Positions 36,346 to 51,807 of a DNA stretch of 64,000 nt are shown piece after piece. Source of the stretch: Lingula anatina (lineage: Eukaryota > Animalia > Brachiopoda); contig CM120649.1 in NCBI GenBank assembly GCA_051362555.1, positions 8,928,001-8,992,000 of the forward strand, in the 5' to 3' direction. Under the pieces are notes generated by a model that was given only the letters and a program-made list of their open reading frames with translations, was not told the origin of the DNA and searched no databases. The stretch's first letter is position 1. Each line of letters begins with the position of its first letter. The translations under genes and the position numbers were made by a program.

Positions 36346-39300
36346 AAATTTCTTCAGGATTATGCTATTTTAGTGTGTAAAAAACTCATCATTTAAAAAG
36401 TGTTTAATATGCACCAATACAAGATGCATGTACTGCCACTGACAATTATTCAAACAAAATACTTCAGTACACATTTTACTTTTATAACCATCAATTAGAA
36501 AGAATCAATGTTTTAATATAAATTTATTGTCATATGAGCTATGTTAATGCGCATGCCAGATAGAAATCCATCCAGATTTTAAATCACCCTAGGCCAAATT
36601 AAAATCTATTCAGATTTGGGCATATGCGGTTTTAGCTTTTGCTTTGAAAACAAACTGCCAAATTAGTCCAACAACCTATCAATTACATTACGAAAAGCTA
36701 GTTATAAAGTTTATTTTTCTAACAAACAATGGTGTTTACCTCACTCAAAGTATGACAAAAAGTCAAGGGCAATATAAGTTTAACAACCTCTAATAGAAAA
36801 AAAAGACTAATGAACCCTTTAAATTCATTCACTAAATCATCGCTTATGCAAAGCCATGCCCACCACTAAAATTAAAGATTATTTTCAGGATGTATCAAAA
36901 ACAGTCATGAAATCTAGGATTATGGTAAATCAAACATGACTCCTACTATCATAGTCTTAGCTTTGCTAATTTGAAAATTATCGCCAAAAGATAAAAACAC
37001 AGTATATAATGCATTTTTACTATTTTCATGATGATATTCACTTCATATTTCTACTAATATACATTGTACTGAAAGGTCAACCGTACCTAGTCAGATTTTT
37101 TCTAAACTTGTCAAATTATTGCCAATAAACTAGACCAAATGCCACCATGTATAGTTTCATATAGTATAAATTCAAGAAACTACTCGGGTTTCAGAGCTAG
37201 AGGAACGTATCAAGTTTGCGACCAGAAATATAATAAAGGTGCAGTTTTAAAGCTTTTGTTCGGCTGATCGACTGATTAATTTCATTTAAGGTTCCTTTGT
37301 TTCAGTTGTGTAAGAAGTTGGTTGTAGTAATTTGTATGTGTTACAGAGAATGTACAGAGCGGCTTTCTCGCTTGTTATGCATCTTTAAAAGAAAAAAAAG
37401 CACTTTTTTAAAAAATATAAATGTTAGAAATACCTGTACAAACCTTAGTCGCCATAACTCTAGTGTTAAATATTTACAGTGCTATAGCAATAGGCGACAG
37501 CATGTTTTAATTGGGATGCGTTAATAATAATAACCTCATTCATTTGGGGTGAAAGTCTATGGACAAAACAAGATGGTTTGTTTGTGCAATAACCTGATGA
37601 TAACGTTTTAGATTGCGTTTAAGTGTCTTCTCTAACACAATCTCGCGACAATGATATGATTACGTAAACCAGGTGAGCACTTTTGGTGAGAGGTATTCAG
37701 ATAGGACCAAGGTCAGTAGGAAGAGGAAGAAGCTTCATGTGCCACATTGCCACGATTACCACACGTAGACTGGAATTTTGGCACTGAGATCTGATGTAGT
37801 TTGTTGTAAGTACTGTGTACATGATATAAGGCAACACTGATCGGTTTATGTTGACGATATTTTATCAGAAAGTATGCATATCCCTCTTCAGTTCAGGTGT
37901 AATGGCTCTTGGATGTATTTTATTGACATAAATGTCCAAATGAGTTTGAAAAGTTAAATAACTTCTTATGTTGCTTTTTCCAGAAGGAAAGCATTTGTTC
38001 ATAAAGAAGTGAGAAGATTATTCCAGTCGTCCAAAGGTCTGAACTCGTTATTCAGTCTTAAACAAAGCAAGACGACAAAGCAGGTAACTACTGGTACATT
38101 CTCAGCTCCCAATGGGTGCCTTTTTCATCTTACAACAGCGGCAATGTCGACTTCCGTTGACTTCAATTTTCATGATTTCAATTTCATACCATCCTTTATA
38201 TTACAATCTGGAATAAAATGCGCGAAAAAAGTATCTGATTTTAAAAGGAATTGAGCTAAAATGCTAGCGTTCGGATTACAAAATTATTTAAGTGGGTTAA
38301 TCGGAATAAAGTAATTGGTAAAATCATTATTTTTCTGTCTATAAAAGTGAAGTGGTTTTAATAATCACATGTAGCAATAAAATGCTGAATTTATGTCAGA
38401 CTACTCACAAAATAAGCAATATAATACATAAATAAAGCAAGAGAAAAAACAAACACTTTCTGCATCTTTGTGCTCTGTAAACCACATGTTAATTGTCATT
38501 GACCAGTGTTTTATGTTATCCTACAGAACCGAGGCAATTTAATATTGCTACATTGTAGCCCCGGTCCCCGCATTTACAAAATTCTGAATTATATCATGAT
38601 CAGAACTAGGCTTTCTGTCAAATGTTTACATTTATCTACTTTTAATTCCGCAAATATATAAAGTTTTTACGGCCGGTTTTGTTTTTATGGTAAAATTATC
38701 TATGTGGGCAAATATTATATGCAGTCTCCATCAGAATACTCCTCGTGGAGGGATATGGCTTAGCAAAGATAGAAAAAATAAAGATTAGTATGTTGACGTG
38801 TAACAGTGTGTACAGGGCAAGTAATAGTAACGTCGTTATAAAGTATATTATTGTATAGAACGTGTAGGTTCAATTTACCTAGTATATAGCTATTCTTATG
38901 ATATGATTTCTGTGTCCTTAATGCATACTGAAATGGATCGGTATAAAGATTATATTTCACTTTAAAAATTATTAGATATAGTTTCTTGCATGTGGACTTC
39001 GTATAATTTTTTTCATTTTTCATTTACTTTCAGTGTCTCGTAACAACCGTCTTACGATGAAATTGGACGCACTCCCAGCAAAGACATCAGATTCGTGTTC
39101 GCCAGCGCCCGCACCCATGTCAACGTTGTCTTGCGTTTGTTGTATAGTCAACTTGCAGGGTTGACATTTGATTTGGTTTGAAATGTAATGTTTGGTTTGG
39201 GTTGTAATATTCTGCATCAAACCGTGTATCAAATGAAGTGCAGCGTGTAACGAGTGGTTTATTCATGAAACTTCTAATAAAATGGACTATATCCAAGCGT

Positions 39301-42300
39301 CAACCCTGCACGTCGCTGGTATATTATTATACATATGTAAATAAGCTGTAATACAGCATTCTATCCGCACACATACCAACCACTTTTCGAATCTGAAACG
39401 ACACTTTTGAAGTTATCCTAAAACAAAGCAAAAAATCCCTTGCTTAATCGATCTATGAAAATAAAATTAATTGCAAATTTATCATTAAGTGATGTGCAGG
39501 TAGAGCACTGTGCTAGTTCGACCGATTTAATGTTTTATTGTAAAATTATATGTGTGGGCAAATATGTAATAAGACGCTTTGTTATGCAATCGAAAATGCA
39601 TCTTTATTCATATTAAATTGGATACAAATATTGATTTTAATGAAGCTAACTTTAGAAAAAAATAAGTCGCAACTCCATTACGTAAAATGCCTACAAGAGT
39701 TTTATTGTGGGTTCTTTGGAAAAATGAACGAGATGTAAATCTACAATAAACTGTCAACTATGCAATCCAAATATGACACTTTTGAAATTGTAAAATGTGC
39801 TCAAGTTATTGCAGAATTGCCCACACGTATTGAAACGGGTCTTTTTGAAATTGTGAAAATGCGGTTATGACGCATGGTAAGAATAAACTTCCTTTGGTTC
39901 CCGGTGTTTTGATGTACTAGTAGTGTGTCTGATCAGTGATAGACCCATAGTTATATTGCTGGGAGGGGGAGAAATCTGTATTTTCAGAAAATCAAACCAG
40001 GCGTTGGGATAGTTTTTTTTTTTTTTTAATTAATAAGTTTTTGTTATTGAAGAAGAAAAATTAACTTTTTACCTTCAATACAAGGTAGAAATTGTTTCCT
40101 TTTACTTCAAATAAAATGTATATGTAGGACTGGCTTTTATCGCATCTTTTACAACTTGACATGTTAAAAAATCCTTATCAAATTCGTATCAAAAACTACA
40201 GTTGTCGAAAAGATCTGTTTTGGGGTAATGGGTATTTCCTAGTAATTAAACGAACTTTTGTAGACTGTCAACTTTTGTCAATCCTCTAAAAACACGAAAT
40301 TGGTCAGTTAATCGCCAATTTACTGACTTATCGTCTAAAAATCCTTTTTCTTTTGTAATTTTTTTTTTTTTTTTGTCTAATCAAATATGAAAAGTCAAAA
40401 TATTATCAGAAAAATGACACTTTGATTGGTTAGAGTAAGTTTTACACAAACTTGGAAGTTCAGTGTTTTAATTAATGTTGATCTTGCACTTGGTACTTTC
40501 TTAATTCTGCTTTGCAGTCGGGATCAAGGGGTGATTGAGAACAAAAGGCCTGATTAGGTGCCAGTCCTGCAGTGCTGTTGGGTTATTTTTACTGAATGTT
40601 TCTTGATCACTGAACACCAGAGATCTTTGAGTTGATTAGCATTTTCTGAGTAAATGTGATTAGTTGTTTTAATTTAACCGGTTTTCGCATAACCTTTTCA
40701 ATTTTGTTTACATATTGTTCTTAAAAATGACTATGACTAGGATAAGGTTGTAAACTGACCATGTCTTCATGCTGTTCTTGATTCGCACGACGCATAAATT
40801 TAATTGTTCACTCAAAATTGTGCCATCAAAATCCTATTTTAAGATTTAAAGAAAAGAAAAGATGACGCAAAATATGAGGTACATATTTATTTATCTATGA
40901 GAAAAGCACTCATCAAATTTGCATAATTGAATAATGTTTGATTGCTGTTTGGTGTTGTGTGTGATCATCAGCATGGCGACATAGAAGAAGTTGTGGTGTC
41001 ATGAGTGTGTACCCGCGTGCGGGGTGGAATGCTTACATGAGATCATATGCATTTTGAATTTTCATTTTGATACCACCTTTGAATTTGGATAAAAATGCCC
41101 CTCGGTGAAATTTTGTATCAGTCACAAGACTAATACACCAATGTCAACTTTGAACAATGGCTGTAAAATACTTCACGTCAAATCTTCAACTTTCTCGTCG
41201 CAGCAAAAACCTGAGAATTTCTTGTTCTGGCGAGTATTATGTCGTCTCGTATGTAGTGTTCTTGAACACTTTTTCAAAACCAAAACGATTGATCTTGAGC
41301 GACAATTTTCAAAATGCATAGAACCTCCGACACATTTAGTTATAGATAGTTGTATTTAAGCTCGATTTACATCTCGAAATGCGAAGTCTTTATAAAAATT
41401 ACTTTTTATGTAGAGCCAAAACGTAATGTATGGGTTTTGCATACATCTGTATAGTGGAATTACTTGTATTTGTTATAATAAACGTACATAAAAGTTGTAA
41501 GATATGTAGTTTTAAAAATGTGCAAAATGTCATTCCTGACTTTCTTTTCTTCAGCTCGACCCGAACCTTTGTTTATTAACTTAGTCTTCTTCTCCTTCTT
41601 GGTCTGTCGCCTTACCCACTGAGCCACTGCCCCAACTTACTTTTTCCTCATTCGTATGATCCTCTTGTAGTAGTCTAAATTGTTTATTTGGGTTTATTTT
41701 TGTAAAAGGTAATTTGCTAGGACCTAGAAGCTCCAGGAATCGAACTGGGGACCTTCTGTCTCAGAGGCAAGCGCGTTACCTACTTCTCTAACTGTTCCCA
41801 CCCACCCTCCCCGGGCAGACTTTCTTCTTATAGTAACCGAAGAAAAATTTTGATAGCACCCCTTTGTAATTCCAAAGTGCCCAAGCTAGAAATCGGACCC
41901 CAATCCCAGGCTACCACCGAGCCGTGTAGCCATCAGGAAAACACCAAGACATTTTGTATATTCAGTAAATTTTTTATTAAGAACAATTCAAATTTATTTT
42001 ACTGTATTCAGTCATTAATAAAACATGTATCTATAAAACATCATTGTCGTAAGTCTATTTATTACTGCAAATATCTGTGAGAATATGATTGATGTCTGCA
42101 TTTAAATTCACTTAAAAGTGTAAAAATATAACATTCTTATCTATTCGACTTGACAAATAAATTGTCTACCACATTAATGGTCTTATGTTTGATCTTAATG
42201 AAACGAACAAAATCTTTCAACTTCTTCTTTAAAAAAAAAAACAATGGTGGATCTAGTCTCCGCCCTCCCCGAGGAGAGAGACCCATTCTGGACTCACATA

Positions 42301-45300
42301 ATCAAGTCCTCGAAAGAATCCATCACGCCCCAAATGTCAACATCTGTCCCCTTTAAAATGTCCTGGATCCGCCATTGTTTTATCTTTATATAACAATGAA
42401 AACTATGAGACATTTGTTAAATGCTCTGTTTAAAATTGCACGCTTTTTTTTAAAGTCGGACACTTATCGTTGGGAACAAAAAACGGACACGCACTTTCGT
42501 TATATTTGGCAAAAAAGTGTCAAAAGTCCTACGTAAAATCATATACAACGTTTATACAGCTAATGACAAAATGTAAAGACTAATGAACATTAGATAATAA
42601 AATGAATATGAAAATTTAAAAAATCGTTACCCAAAAAAAAAAAAAAAAACTATTTAGAAAACAAACTACATGTTCACTTATGAAATCTGGATTAAAATCC
42701 AAGGTACATATCACGATATTTCTCATATTTCCTACATCTATTTTCAATTTCAAAAATCTTGTAACAAATAATTTGCAACCTTCTGAACATAAATTGTTCT
42801 AAATACGAGAAAATATCACGATATTTCTGCATCATCTGGTCAATAGAAGGAAAAACGCTGGTTAGAAAGAATTGCCGAAAACAGTTAAATTTGAAAAATA
42901 AAATAATCTTCAATCACATAAATGGTCCTATCATCTTTACCCAGAACCTGTATTTGTTCAACAGATTAATGGCAAAAATATAAGTCATTTTCATGATAAA
43001 AAGTGCCATATTTTACATTGTAAGAACTACATTCAGAGATAAATACTAAAAAACAAAATAAGTTGCTTTTCCATCCTATGAATGGCATTTACATGTACAA
43101 AATTAGCTTTTCAAGAAGGGAATTTTCGCAAATGAAAATTGAAATTTGTAAATTCTACATACTTCACTAGTAAAACAAAATAATCGATCTTGGTTCGTAA
43201 AATTACATTTCTTTTTCAACAAGTCAGCAAATGTTCAAATTTCAAGGGACGAAGTGCCTGTTTTCTCATCTGAACATTAAAAGAAAGACACACAATGATC
43301 GTCTGTTGCTACATTCTAGATTTCAGTCCATTTGGAGAATGAGACTGAAGCCGGTAAAAACAGAAATTAAGAATTCGACACCGGGATTGTAGAATTTATC
43401 AGCGGTTTCGATAGTGTTCCTTGGCGATTTATTTGAAATTGCTGAATGTTACAGAAAAAAATTTGGGCTTTAAACCGACATAAAATTTGGAATATTTTGC
43501 TTCCTTAATTCGCATTCGATCTAAACTAGAAAGTCACCCATTGCTGTCTTGCTGAAGAATACAACAAATAGTATCATTTTACATGTCACGTGTGACCAAC
43601 TTGAAACTACGATAGTATAGAACATATTCCAATTCAATAAAATAAGCTTTCTAACGGATGACCATGCATTCTGATATATGATCACGTTTTAAATATATTA
43701 CATTTAATTCCTATAAGACCTCAAATTCGTGATGTTATATTGATAAATAAAACACGTGAAAAAAAATCGCCTTTAGACAGAGCCTTTTCAAATCCGTCCC
43801 AAACAACATTTCGGGCTATCAACTCGCCCTTATTTCTTGAAGGATTCATCTTATAATCTGTCACGCAGAAATCTCAGTGACTTCAATTTAGCTCACACAT
43901 GAAATGAAATATTAAATATTAATTTATGAAATCTTGTCAATATTCGAAATGGAAGTATATTACTGTACCCCCTTAATACTTGAATTATGTTCTTTACTCC
44001 AGAAATGGACGTTATATACCTAAAAGGCTATATCATATTCTATAATTCCACTGCCAACTGCTCACTAAATATCAACATGTCAATGGCCAGACCCTCACAA
44101 GTCATTTCACAGCATTTTCCCCTCCTTGGCCATTTCTCACGGTAAACTTCCACTGCCACTACTATTTCTACCGACGAAGGTCAAAATACTGAAAATGAAG
44201 TGCAACTGCATCTTCCTTTGTTTTATGAGATGCGATGAGATGAAGTGGTGGAGGAAATAAATAGTACGTTGGGAAAATGTTGGGAAATGACCAAAACCAC
44301 TTTAAAGCAAACGGGTGTCAAAATACTTTTCAAAAATTAATCACAATTAACTTATCACTAAATACCTGACATTGATTTCTTAAAACGTTATATTGATATG
44401 GCTGAAATTACGACATTCTTATACTTATAATATGCAATACGCCTTCGCTCCACTTCCTGATCACTCAGCACTGAGGCAGTGACGTCTCCTTCCAGGCTGT
44501 CCATCCCATTACATTCATGGTAGGGGGAGGTGGCAGGCTAAAGTGGCCGTCTTTCCTTTTCAACTCTCACCAATATTTTACAGATGAAACTTCATTTGTA
44601 CTTTACAACATTAAAAATACATTGGACGAATTTGTGTTTAGCATATTTCAAAAAATGCCAGACGAAAATTAACCTCAGATCCTTATCAACCCCAAATTGA
44701 AACGACATTATGTAGGTCACTGGCTATCTTGATATGACGCAATATGGTACAATGATTTAAATATCTGAGCAGTTTTTGTTGTTTGACCAACAAACCATGA
44801 GATTGAGCCATTTGGAGGTAAACAGAAATGCTGCAATCGGAAACTCGGTACTTTGCTCGAGATTTATAAATTTATAGACATAAAATAACCAGCGAATTAT
44901 TTGTGAATATACGATGCTTCGATATTTTTATCTGTACAATAAAAGATATTTTATGCATATAATTCTCTCATCTTTGTTCATATTCTTTCATGAATGCATG
45001 TGTGAGTGTGTGTGTGCGCGCGCGCATTCTCTATTGTTAGCAAATGTAAGATCCAATGGCGATATGGTACCATACAATTAATGATTTATTGTAAATAAAG
45101 TGATAGACAAATATGAGAAAAACAGTAGAGTTGTAGGTTATCTACAAACTATAAGAGCTGTTCACGTACAGTTGCCGCCTTACTGAAGGTCAAAACCACA
45201 TCAAGCGTGAGGAGTTCGATACGTTAGTAAGGTCAGCGTTTGACAAAACAACATTTTTCAATATCTCTAATATGAAATACGCATCTTGATATTAACGCAA

Positions 45301-45726
45301 TAAAAAATAATAAAATAATTTGACTACTGCATATCTGCACCCTATGGCTGTACATAAGAAAGAATGAAAAACTGCAGCGAATCAAAAAAAAATTCATCTC
45401 GTCTTTTAACCCAGGGAGACTCATATCACACTTATTTTAAAACAGTTGCACTGGCTCCCTGATAGAGCACGCATTTTATTTAAAAATTTAACTTTTGAGC
45501 ATGCAGTTTTTTTTTTTAAATTAACACTCAGATTAACACTCAGATGATAACTAAAAGCTGTCGAAGAGAGCCACGGTCTTCAGATGTATAAATTGGAGCG
45601 GGAGAATACAAAGGAACTCTTTATTTGCGTAGTTTAAAATATGCATGTTATCACTAGCTGGTGAAACACACTACATGTATTGCGGTCTATTTTATCACAG
45701 GTGAGGTGAAAATAGCTTAGCTTAAG

Positions 45727-46841
45727 CTTTCTTCATTGAAGAAAAATGATGAACTTCTGAGAGCTGTTTAAAAAAGAGATGAAAACCAAGTTTTCAGCTC
45801 ACCTTATCTACACCTGAATGAAATTGACAGTTATATAAACACACGTCAATCATTACACTGATAAGTTAATATAGGTGTAATATAGTGATTACGCCAAAAG
45901 ACAACGCGATATCTCCAGAGGTATTGATGAATGGAAAAGAATTTCTTCTTTTTTATATTTACACAACTTCATTTGCCGCCAGTTTTAACTCGACTGCTGG
46001 GGAGGTTGCAACTGCAATTGCCAATACTTCCATGTACCAGTTAATAAACAGTTATTATGCACGAATGGTAACAATTTATTATACCTCGCCAATATCCTTC
46101 AGTTATTTCAACCGGGCAGTACTATTCCATACACACATCTCCAACACATATCATATATCACATGATTATTCGACATACAACACTCAATGTTTTATCTTAT
46201 AAAAGAAATGAAATTTAAAGCGCTTGTATTTTATTTCCCCGGGAAATGATATTTTAGCATGGGTCCAAACGTAAAAACAACTTTTCATATACGCGGTATA
46301 TGCTAACGTCTGTCCTGTCTCAACATGGTTGTGACGACAACCACAAAATTATAGTCCGGTTGCTTAAGGCAAAAAAATGGCCAAATCGTGACACAGCGGA
46401 TAAAAGCACCAAATTTTGCATGTGGGTACCTTTTGATATACTAAATCAAATAAGAGCCGTAGCCCACGGGAAAAAATTACCGTTTGGCCAAAAAATCCAA
46501 AATGGCCGCCAATTTGTGAAATTCTGTAGAAATATATACATACCTATGTTGATTTTTATCAAATAAAGTATTTTCTCAATGTTTTCCACATCCTTATTAC
46601 CCATATTATGCACATATGTCAGATAACAACCGCATTCGAAAAGGACATCTTTTTTTTTTTCAAATGAAAGTCAAAGAAATTACGTTGTAGCTTAATACCA
46701 CAATCTAACGTTAAATAAATCCTCTCTCGAGCGTGCGCACGCAAAAGCAATAAGGTCACAGGCAGACTACACCTATTCCCTGTGCACCTACAGTAACTAT
46801 GTCATTTTTCTTTGTTTCCTCTAATGTCAAAATACAACTTT

Positions 46842-46888
<47 letters not shown>

Positions 46889-46987
46889 GCTATTTCTACA
46901 TTGAACTTGAACTGTAAATGAGCATAAAGCTTAAATTTTTCCTGTGAAAAATGTAATTTTATGTAATCTGTGTCGACGATATATTGT
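45727..46987. other. 1.26-kb indel between copies, bounded by ttaag microhomology
   Basis: Copy A reads gcttaaggctctatttgcc (~12462). Copy B has extra sequence between two ttaag with no TIRs. It contains a repeat-like segment starting ttaaggcaaaaaaa at ~46364 and a (GA)n run. Confidence 0.6.
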
Positions 46988-48805
46988 TTAAGTCTCTATT
47001 TGCCTGTCATATCGTAATTTTTCTACTGGTTATAACAAGGTAACAAAGATGAAGATGAATGTTCAATGACTCAATATTATACATAAAAATCACGAATTAT
47101 TCGATTTCAAGAAAGCGAGATCTGGAGCACAGAGAGAAAGCCGTCTCCAAGACATACCCCCACCCACTCCATAATACCGTGTTTTCAGAATCATATACAG
47201 AATATGCCTCATTTCGAGAGTTCAGAACTAGGGGTCAAAATCTGGTATTTGAATTTAACTCCTTTCATGCAGAAAACCAGATTATTACCATTGGTTTGAA
47301 TGAATAGTAATAAAAAGTACTGAGTGAAACTATTTCTGGCAATCAAGTTATCATTCGTACCTGCTACGTCAGTCTTTGAATCAAAATGGATGTAAATAGT
47401 TTATACGTTTTTAATTATGGTCATTTAATTTGCATCAGTACTTGAAATACACGTAAGGTAAAGCTTACACAAAAGGAGATCTAATGACAGAAGTCCAGTA
47501 ACAGAAACACACTTCCTCGTCTTAATACATGTATGTACACATTAGTTGGGCCAAAGAGGGCAGTCCTGAGAAAGTTCCGTGCGTTTAATTTTTAAAATTA
47601 AAATAGATCATGATGAAATAAGAAATCTTAAACAAAATTTAATTTTGAAGGAATTAAATTTTGTTTTAATTAACACACATTTTATACATGTATGTACATT
47701 ATGTAGAATACATATATATTTACTACTATCTCTGTGTCAGTTATTAAACTCATCACACAAATCTATGAGTTGCAGAAGATACAGGTATATCTAATTATGT
47801 CAATAACAATACCTTACGACATTTTGGAGGTGTAGATTGCCACTTTAAATGAAATTAAATTGGTGTCGGTAACTCATTCAAAATACAGAACATATAGACT
47901 AATACGAGTATCACTTAAACTTGCACAAAAGTATGAAAGCATCACGGAAGGATTATTGGGGATTGGGGAGGGGGGAGGGGGGCAGGGCCATCCGCGCACA
48001 TTTACGTCTTAGAAGCACTCGAGCTTCAATGGAATAATGCTCGCCTGCAACGCGGGCAGTCCGTGTTTGATTCCCAACAGATGCAAAATCTGTTAAACCG
48101 ACAACTATTTGGAAAAAATGATGTGCATTAATCCTGTCTTTAGAAACGTATTCTTTGCACAAGGGAGTTTCCTGGGTAGAATACTTTATGGTACGGCAGC
48201 TATGGATATGTTTCTAAATGAATTCCTGGGTGGCAGGCTTTGTCAGTGATGCGCTTTTATAACTGTTCTCTGATAACTACAAGAAACTTTTGTTATTTGT
48301 TCTAAAAACTGCTTGTAAAAAAAAGAACCAGAAACAGACCTCTTTCAGGTTGTTTTACTTCGACCAAGTGTAGTATAGTTGTTCTCAAAAATTGCACATA
48401 GTTGGTGCCAAAATAAATCCTAGTTAGCATGTGGCCCATCCTAATGCATGGCTCAATTTTTGGGGCCCACCCCTAGCCTTTTAGTAGACAAAAAGAATGT
48501 AACCCACCCCCTCCCCCCTCTCCCCCCGATATATAGCAATTGCTTTTTATAAGCACCTCGATATTAGGAATCGTTAATTCATAAAAAGGTAAATGGATAC
48601 TGAATACATATATAAATAATCTAACAGTGTGTAGAGGGTACACGTTGTCTGCCCACCGGATAGGACATACATGTAGAACAAATTGGAGTAGATAGAGGGA
48701 GGGGGGAGTACTCTCAGACCCTTCTGGCTGTTACTAAATTCATCCCAATAGAAGTATATATATATCAATGCACCTTGAAAAATCTACATTATAGTTGTTA
48801 AATAC

Positions 48806-48843
48806 AATCCGAGCTTTCGGCCCCTGGACCTTCTTCGGGGATT
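48806..48843 (-). ncRNA. Minimal type I hammerhead ribozyme motif (duplicate)
   Basis: Identical 38-nt motif to 14301-14338. Confidence 0.7.
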
Positions 48844-49060
48844 AAAAATACTTCTATTTTTATCAAGATCTATACTGTGAATCAACATGAATCCTTAAAT
48901 TCATCCCAGGAACGAGTCGAGCTTTGGTTCGTAACAAGAAAAAATTCCGTTTGGTAGCTTCAATTAAATTTTTACTGATAAAAATATTATCGAATGATTT
49001 AATATCAAAATAAAGATTAATAAAAATCGCCACCTTTGGAATCTCTGGTTTGAGCATCAC
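48806..49060 (-). mobile_element. Penelope-like retroelement 3' remnant (also at ~14301-14560)
   Basis: ORF 48863-49060 ends ...KARLVPGMNLRIHVD..., resembling the LxPxG(L/M)N end of the PLE GIY-YIG endonuclease. The hammerhead motif follows ~20 nt later on the same strand. Confidence 0.45.
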
Positions 49061-49932
49061 TTCCTGTCAGCTTTATTACTAAAGACAATCTAATTTGCAT
49101 ATAAGAGAAAAATGCATTTTTTTGTTTGTTTTGGGTTCATTACACATTTTTTTCATAATTTTCAAATATAAATGTTCCTTTTTCACTGATTCACTTATGA
49201 ATATTTTATCAGTACGCGCAATTTATTAGTTAAACAATCATAAATAACCATCATATCCCAAGTGTATATGACGTAATCTCTCCCAGTTCATAAAAGTGGT
49301 AAAATAGCGATGATTGCCGCCCAGCTGGTGAAGTAGGTCAATTGCCTGTATAAAACTGCCATACGATTATCGATTTTTTCTAGTGTGGAACATTTTAGGG
49401 GGAAGACGGTGAGAGAATGTTATCAAGTTACCAAAAAATATTTGACATGAGTTAAGTTACTGAAAGCAAAGTATATTGTAATATTTTACAAAGTTAAAAA
49501 AGAGTCCCAATTATTTAATTTCACAGTGAATAATTTTGCAGATATCGTGAGACATTTTTATTTCATCTGCCTCTCCCTAAAATGGCGCTGACCGCGTTAA
49601 CTCTTCAACTGCCGGGAAACGCAGAGAATCCAGCGCGTTGTGACAGCATGAGAACCGATATGTAGACATAGGAGCTGGGGTGGATTAAGAGAGAGTTAAC
49701 CCCCCCCCTCTCACACACACCCATTTTCCAATCAGCAGGGAGAGTATGTGTTGGACTAACATTGTAAACTTTCCCTCAGCTCCAGGGCGTATATAAAGAT
49801 GAAAAGCTATGTGCTTGCAACACTATTTCTACCCGGCAACCAAAGGCACTTCTTGAGAACAGTAAGTGGGTCACTCGTAGTGGACAGTGGTCAACAAGTC
49901 AGGAAGATAGCACTAGGGACACTTAGGTAAAC

Positions 49933-49964
49933 CTAAGATCTAATAAACGTATATTAGATCTTAG
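49933..49964. mobile_element. 32-bp palindromic insert with 7-bp TSD (transposon footprint)
   Basis: ggtaaac|ctaagatctaata-aacgta-tattagatcttag|ggtaaac. Copy A has a single ggtaaac at ~15423. Confidence 0.8.
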
Positions 49965-50776
49965 GGTAAACTGACCCGTGTATATAAAACCCAGTGAGAA
50001 CAGAGGGAAGAGATACAGGGGCGGATCCAGGATTATTTAAAGGGGTAGGGTCCGTTTTTTAGGAATGACAGGCAGCGGATGCAAAGCCGACCCTCGACCC
50101 CCCTCCTCCACCCTCATTGGCGTGGGGTTGGGACCCCACTGAAGGGTCCTGAAATTTTTTTGTATTTTAGAGGGGCAACGGTGCCATTTAGTATTGTTTG
50201 GAAATATGATTCAGCAAGTCAAAATTTTAATTTCAGAAAGGGACCATTGGTGTGATTTTTTCTAGAAATCAAAGGGGGTCAGGATCCCACTGACACCCCC
50301 CCTAAATCCGCCACTGATTTTGGTTTAAGCAAGCCCCTAAGAAGAGGGAATCATTAAAAATGTTCAAATGTGTAAAAGCAATTGCGACAATGTAAATTTT
50401 TAGAAAAAATACAGTATTTGGCAAATAATTCTGCAAAGAAAATACCACTTTGCTGAACGCAGTTTGCAGGTGGTAAGACAGGGGCAGTTCCAGGATTTGA
50501 AGAGGGGGGGGGGCAGTTTGTTTTTATGAATTACAGGCCTTGGATTCGAAGCTGACCCTTGGCCCCCTTGCGGTAGGGTTCAGGACCTGCTGAAGGGCCC
50601 AAAAATATTTTGGTGTTTTGGAGGGCAAAATCGGGCCATTTAGAATGGTTAAGAACTATAAATCAGCTAGTTTAAATTCCGATTTTGAGAGGGGGAAATT
50701 AGTGTTGTTTTTTTTTTTTCTTTTATTATTATTATTTTTTTTGTAGAAACCGAAGGACCCCCCAATCCCCCTCTAA

Positions 50777-51001
50777 GACCCCATTCCCATAGATTTTAGA
50801 TCGATCTATCCCTGTGGGGAGTCTCACTAGATTACTGTCAGCTTAGCCGGCTTAAGCGTCTGTCCCGCCTACTAAAAGCTGTAAGGGGGTAATTAACTAT
50901 GGTGCCCGCTCGGCTGACTGCAATTTAGCGTGAACCCCCAGGGAGTTGGGTTGATCTAAATTTAAATCTCTGGATCGATCTAAATCTCTGGGAATGCACC
51001 C
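50777..51001. mobile_element. Tourist-like MITE with TAA TSD, copy B specific
   Basis: taa|gaccccattcccatagattttagatcgatc ... gatcgatctaaatctctgggaatgcaccc|taa. Empty site cctctaaatctac at ~16981 in copy A. Confidence 0.85.
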
Positions 51002-51776
51002 TAAATCTACCACTGGGTTAGCCTTTTTTTAACCACTAAACTTCCCATGTTTTGTCATTTTGATTTGTTCACGTATACATTTATTTATTATTATTATTGT
51101 TAGTATTGTTATGCTAGAATTTAATTTGTTGACTACAGCTCAGCATTCCTTATGAGTAACTAATACAGAATGTTGACAGAGTTAGGTGGACTGTTGTGTT
51201 GATTGATAACTTCTTAAAATATTGAAATGACACTCTTTGAACTGGGAGAGAAGAGGGATTGTAAAAATTCACCAAGTGTGATTAACAACAATTTCTAACA
51301 TTTTTCAATCTGTAGTAGAATGCAGACAAATGGAACAAAATATAAATAATGGTTGTTTGCAAATTTATTACTTATGACATGCAATTGAAATATTTAGTAA
51401 TTAAGTTTAAGAACCAATTTTTGTCCAGTGACAGAGTTAAAAATGTACATTATTACCATGTTTTTTTTGCTGTGTTGTCTGTCCTAGAATCATTATGAAA
51501 AAAGTTATTAATAGAGTTTGATGACATGTGTAGAAACTGAGGGGACCAAGAAACAAACAAACAAACAAAAAAAGGATTTTGGTTGTGATTCATTTCTTAA
51601 TAAGTAGCTAATTAATAAAATTCATCTGTTTATCAGCTCATTTAGCAAAGCAGGTCTTAGGGATTTTGTGTGTGAGAAACAGAGAGAGAAAAACTGAGCC
51701 AGGGAGAGAGAGAAAAAGAGAAAAACAGCCAGAGAGAGAGAGAGAGAGAGACTCAGAGTTAAAGAGCAAAAGAGAA

Positions 51777-51807
<31 letters not shown>

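Noticed and set aside
45727-46987. piggyBac/Kolobok insertion suggested by flanking TTAA
   Set aside because: No terminal inverted repeats at the boundaries; microhomology-mediated deletion in copy A is at least as likely.
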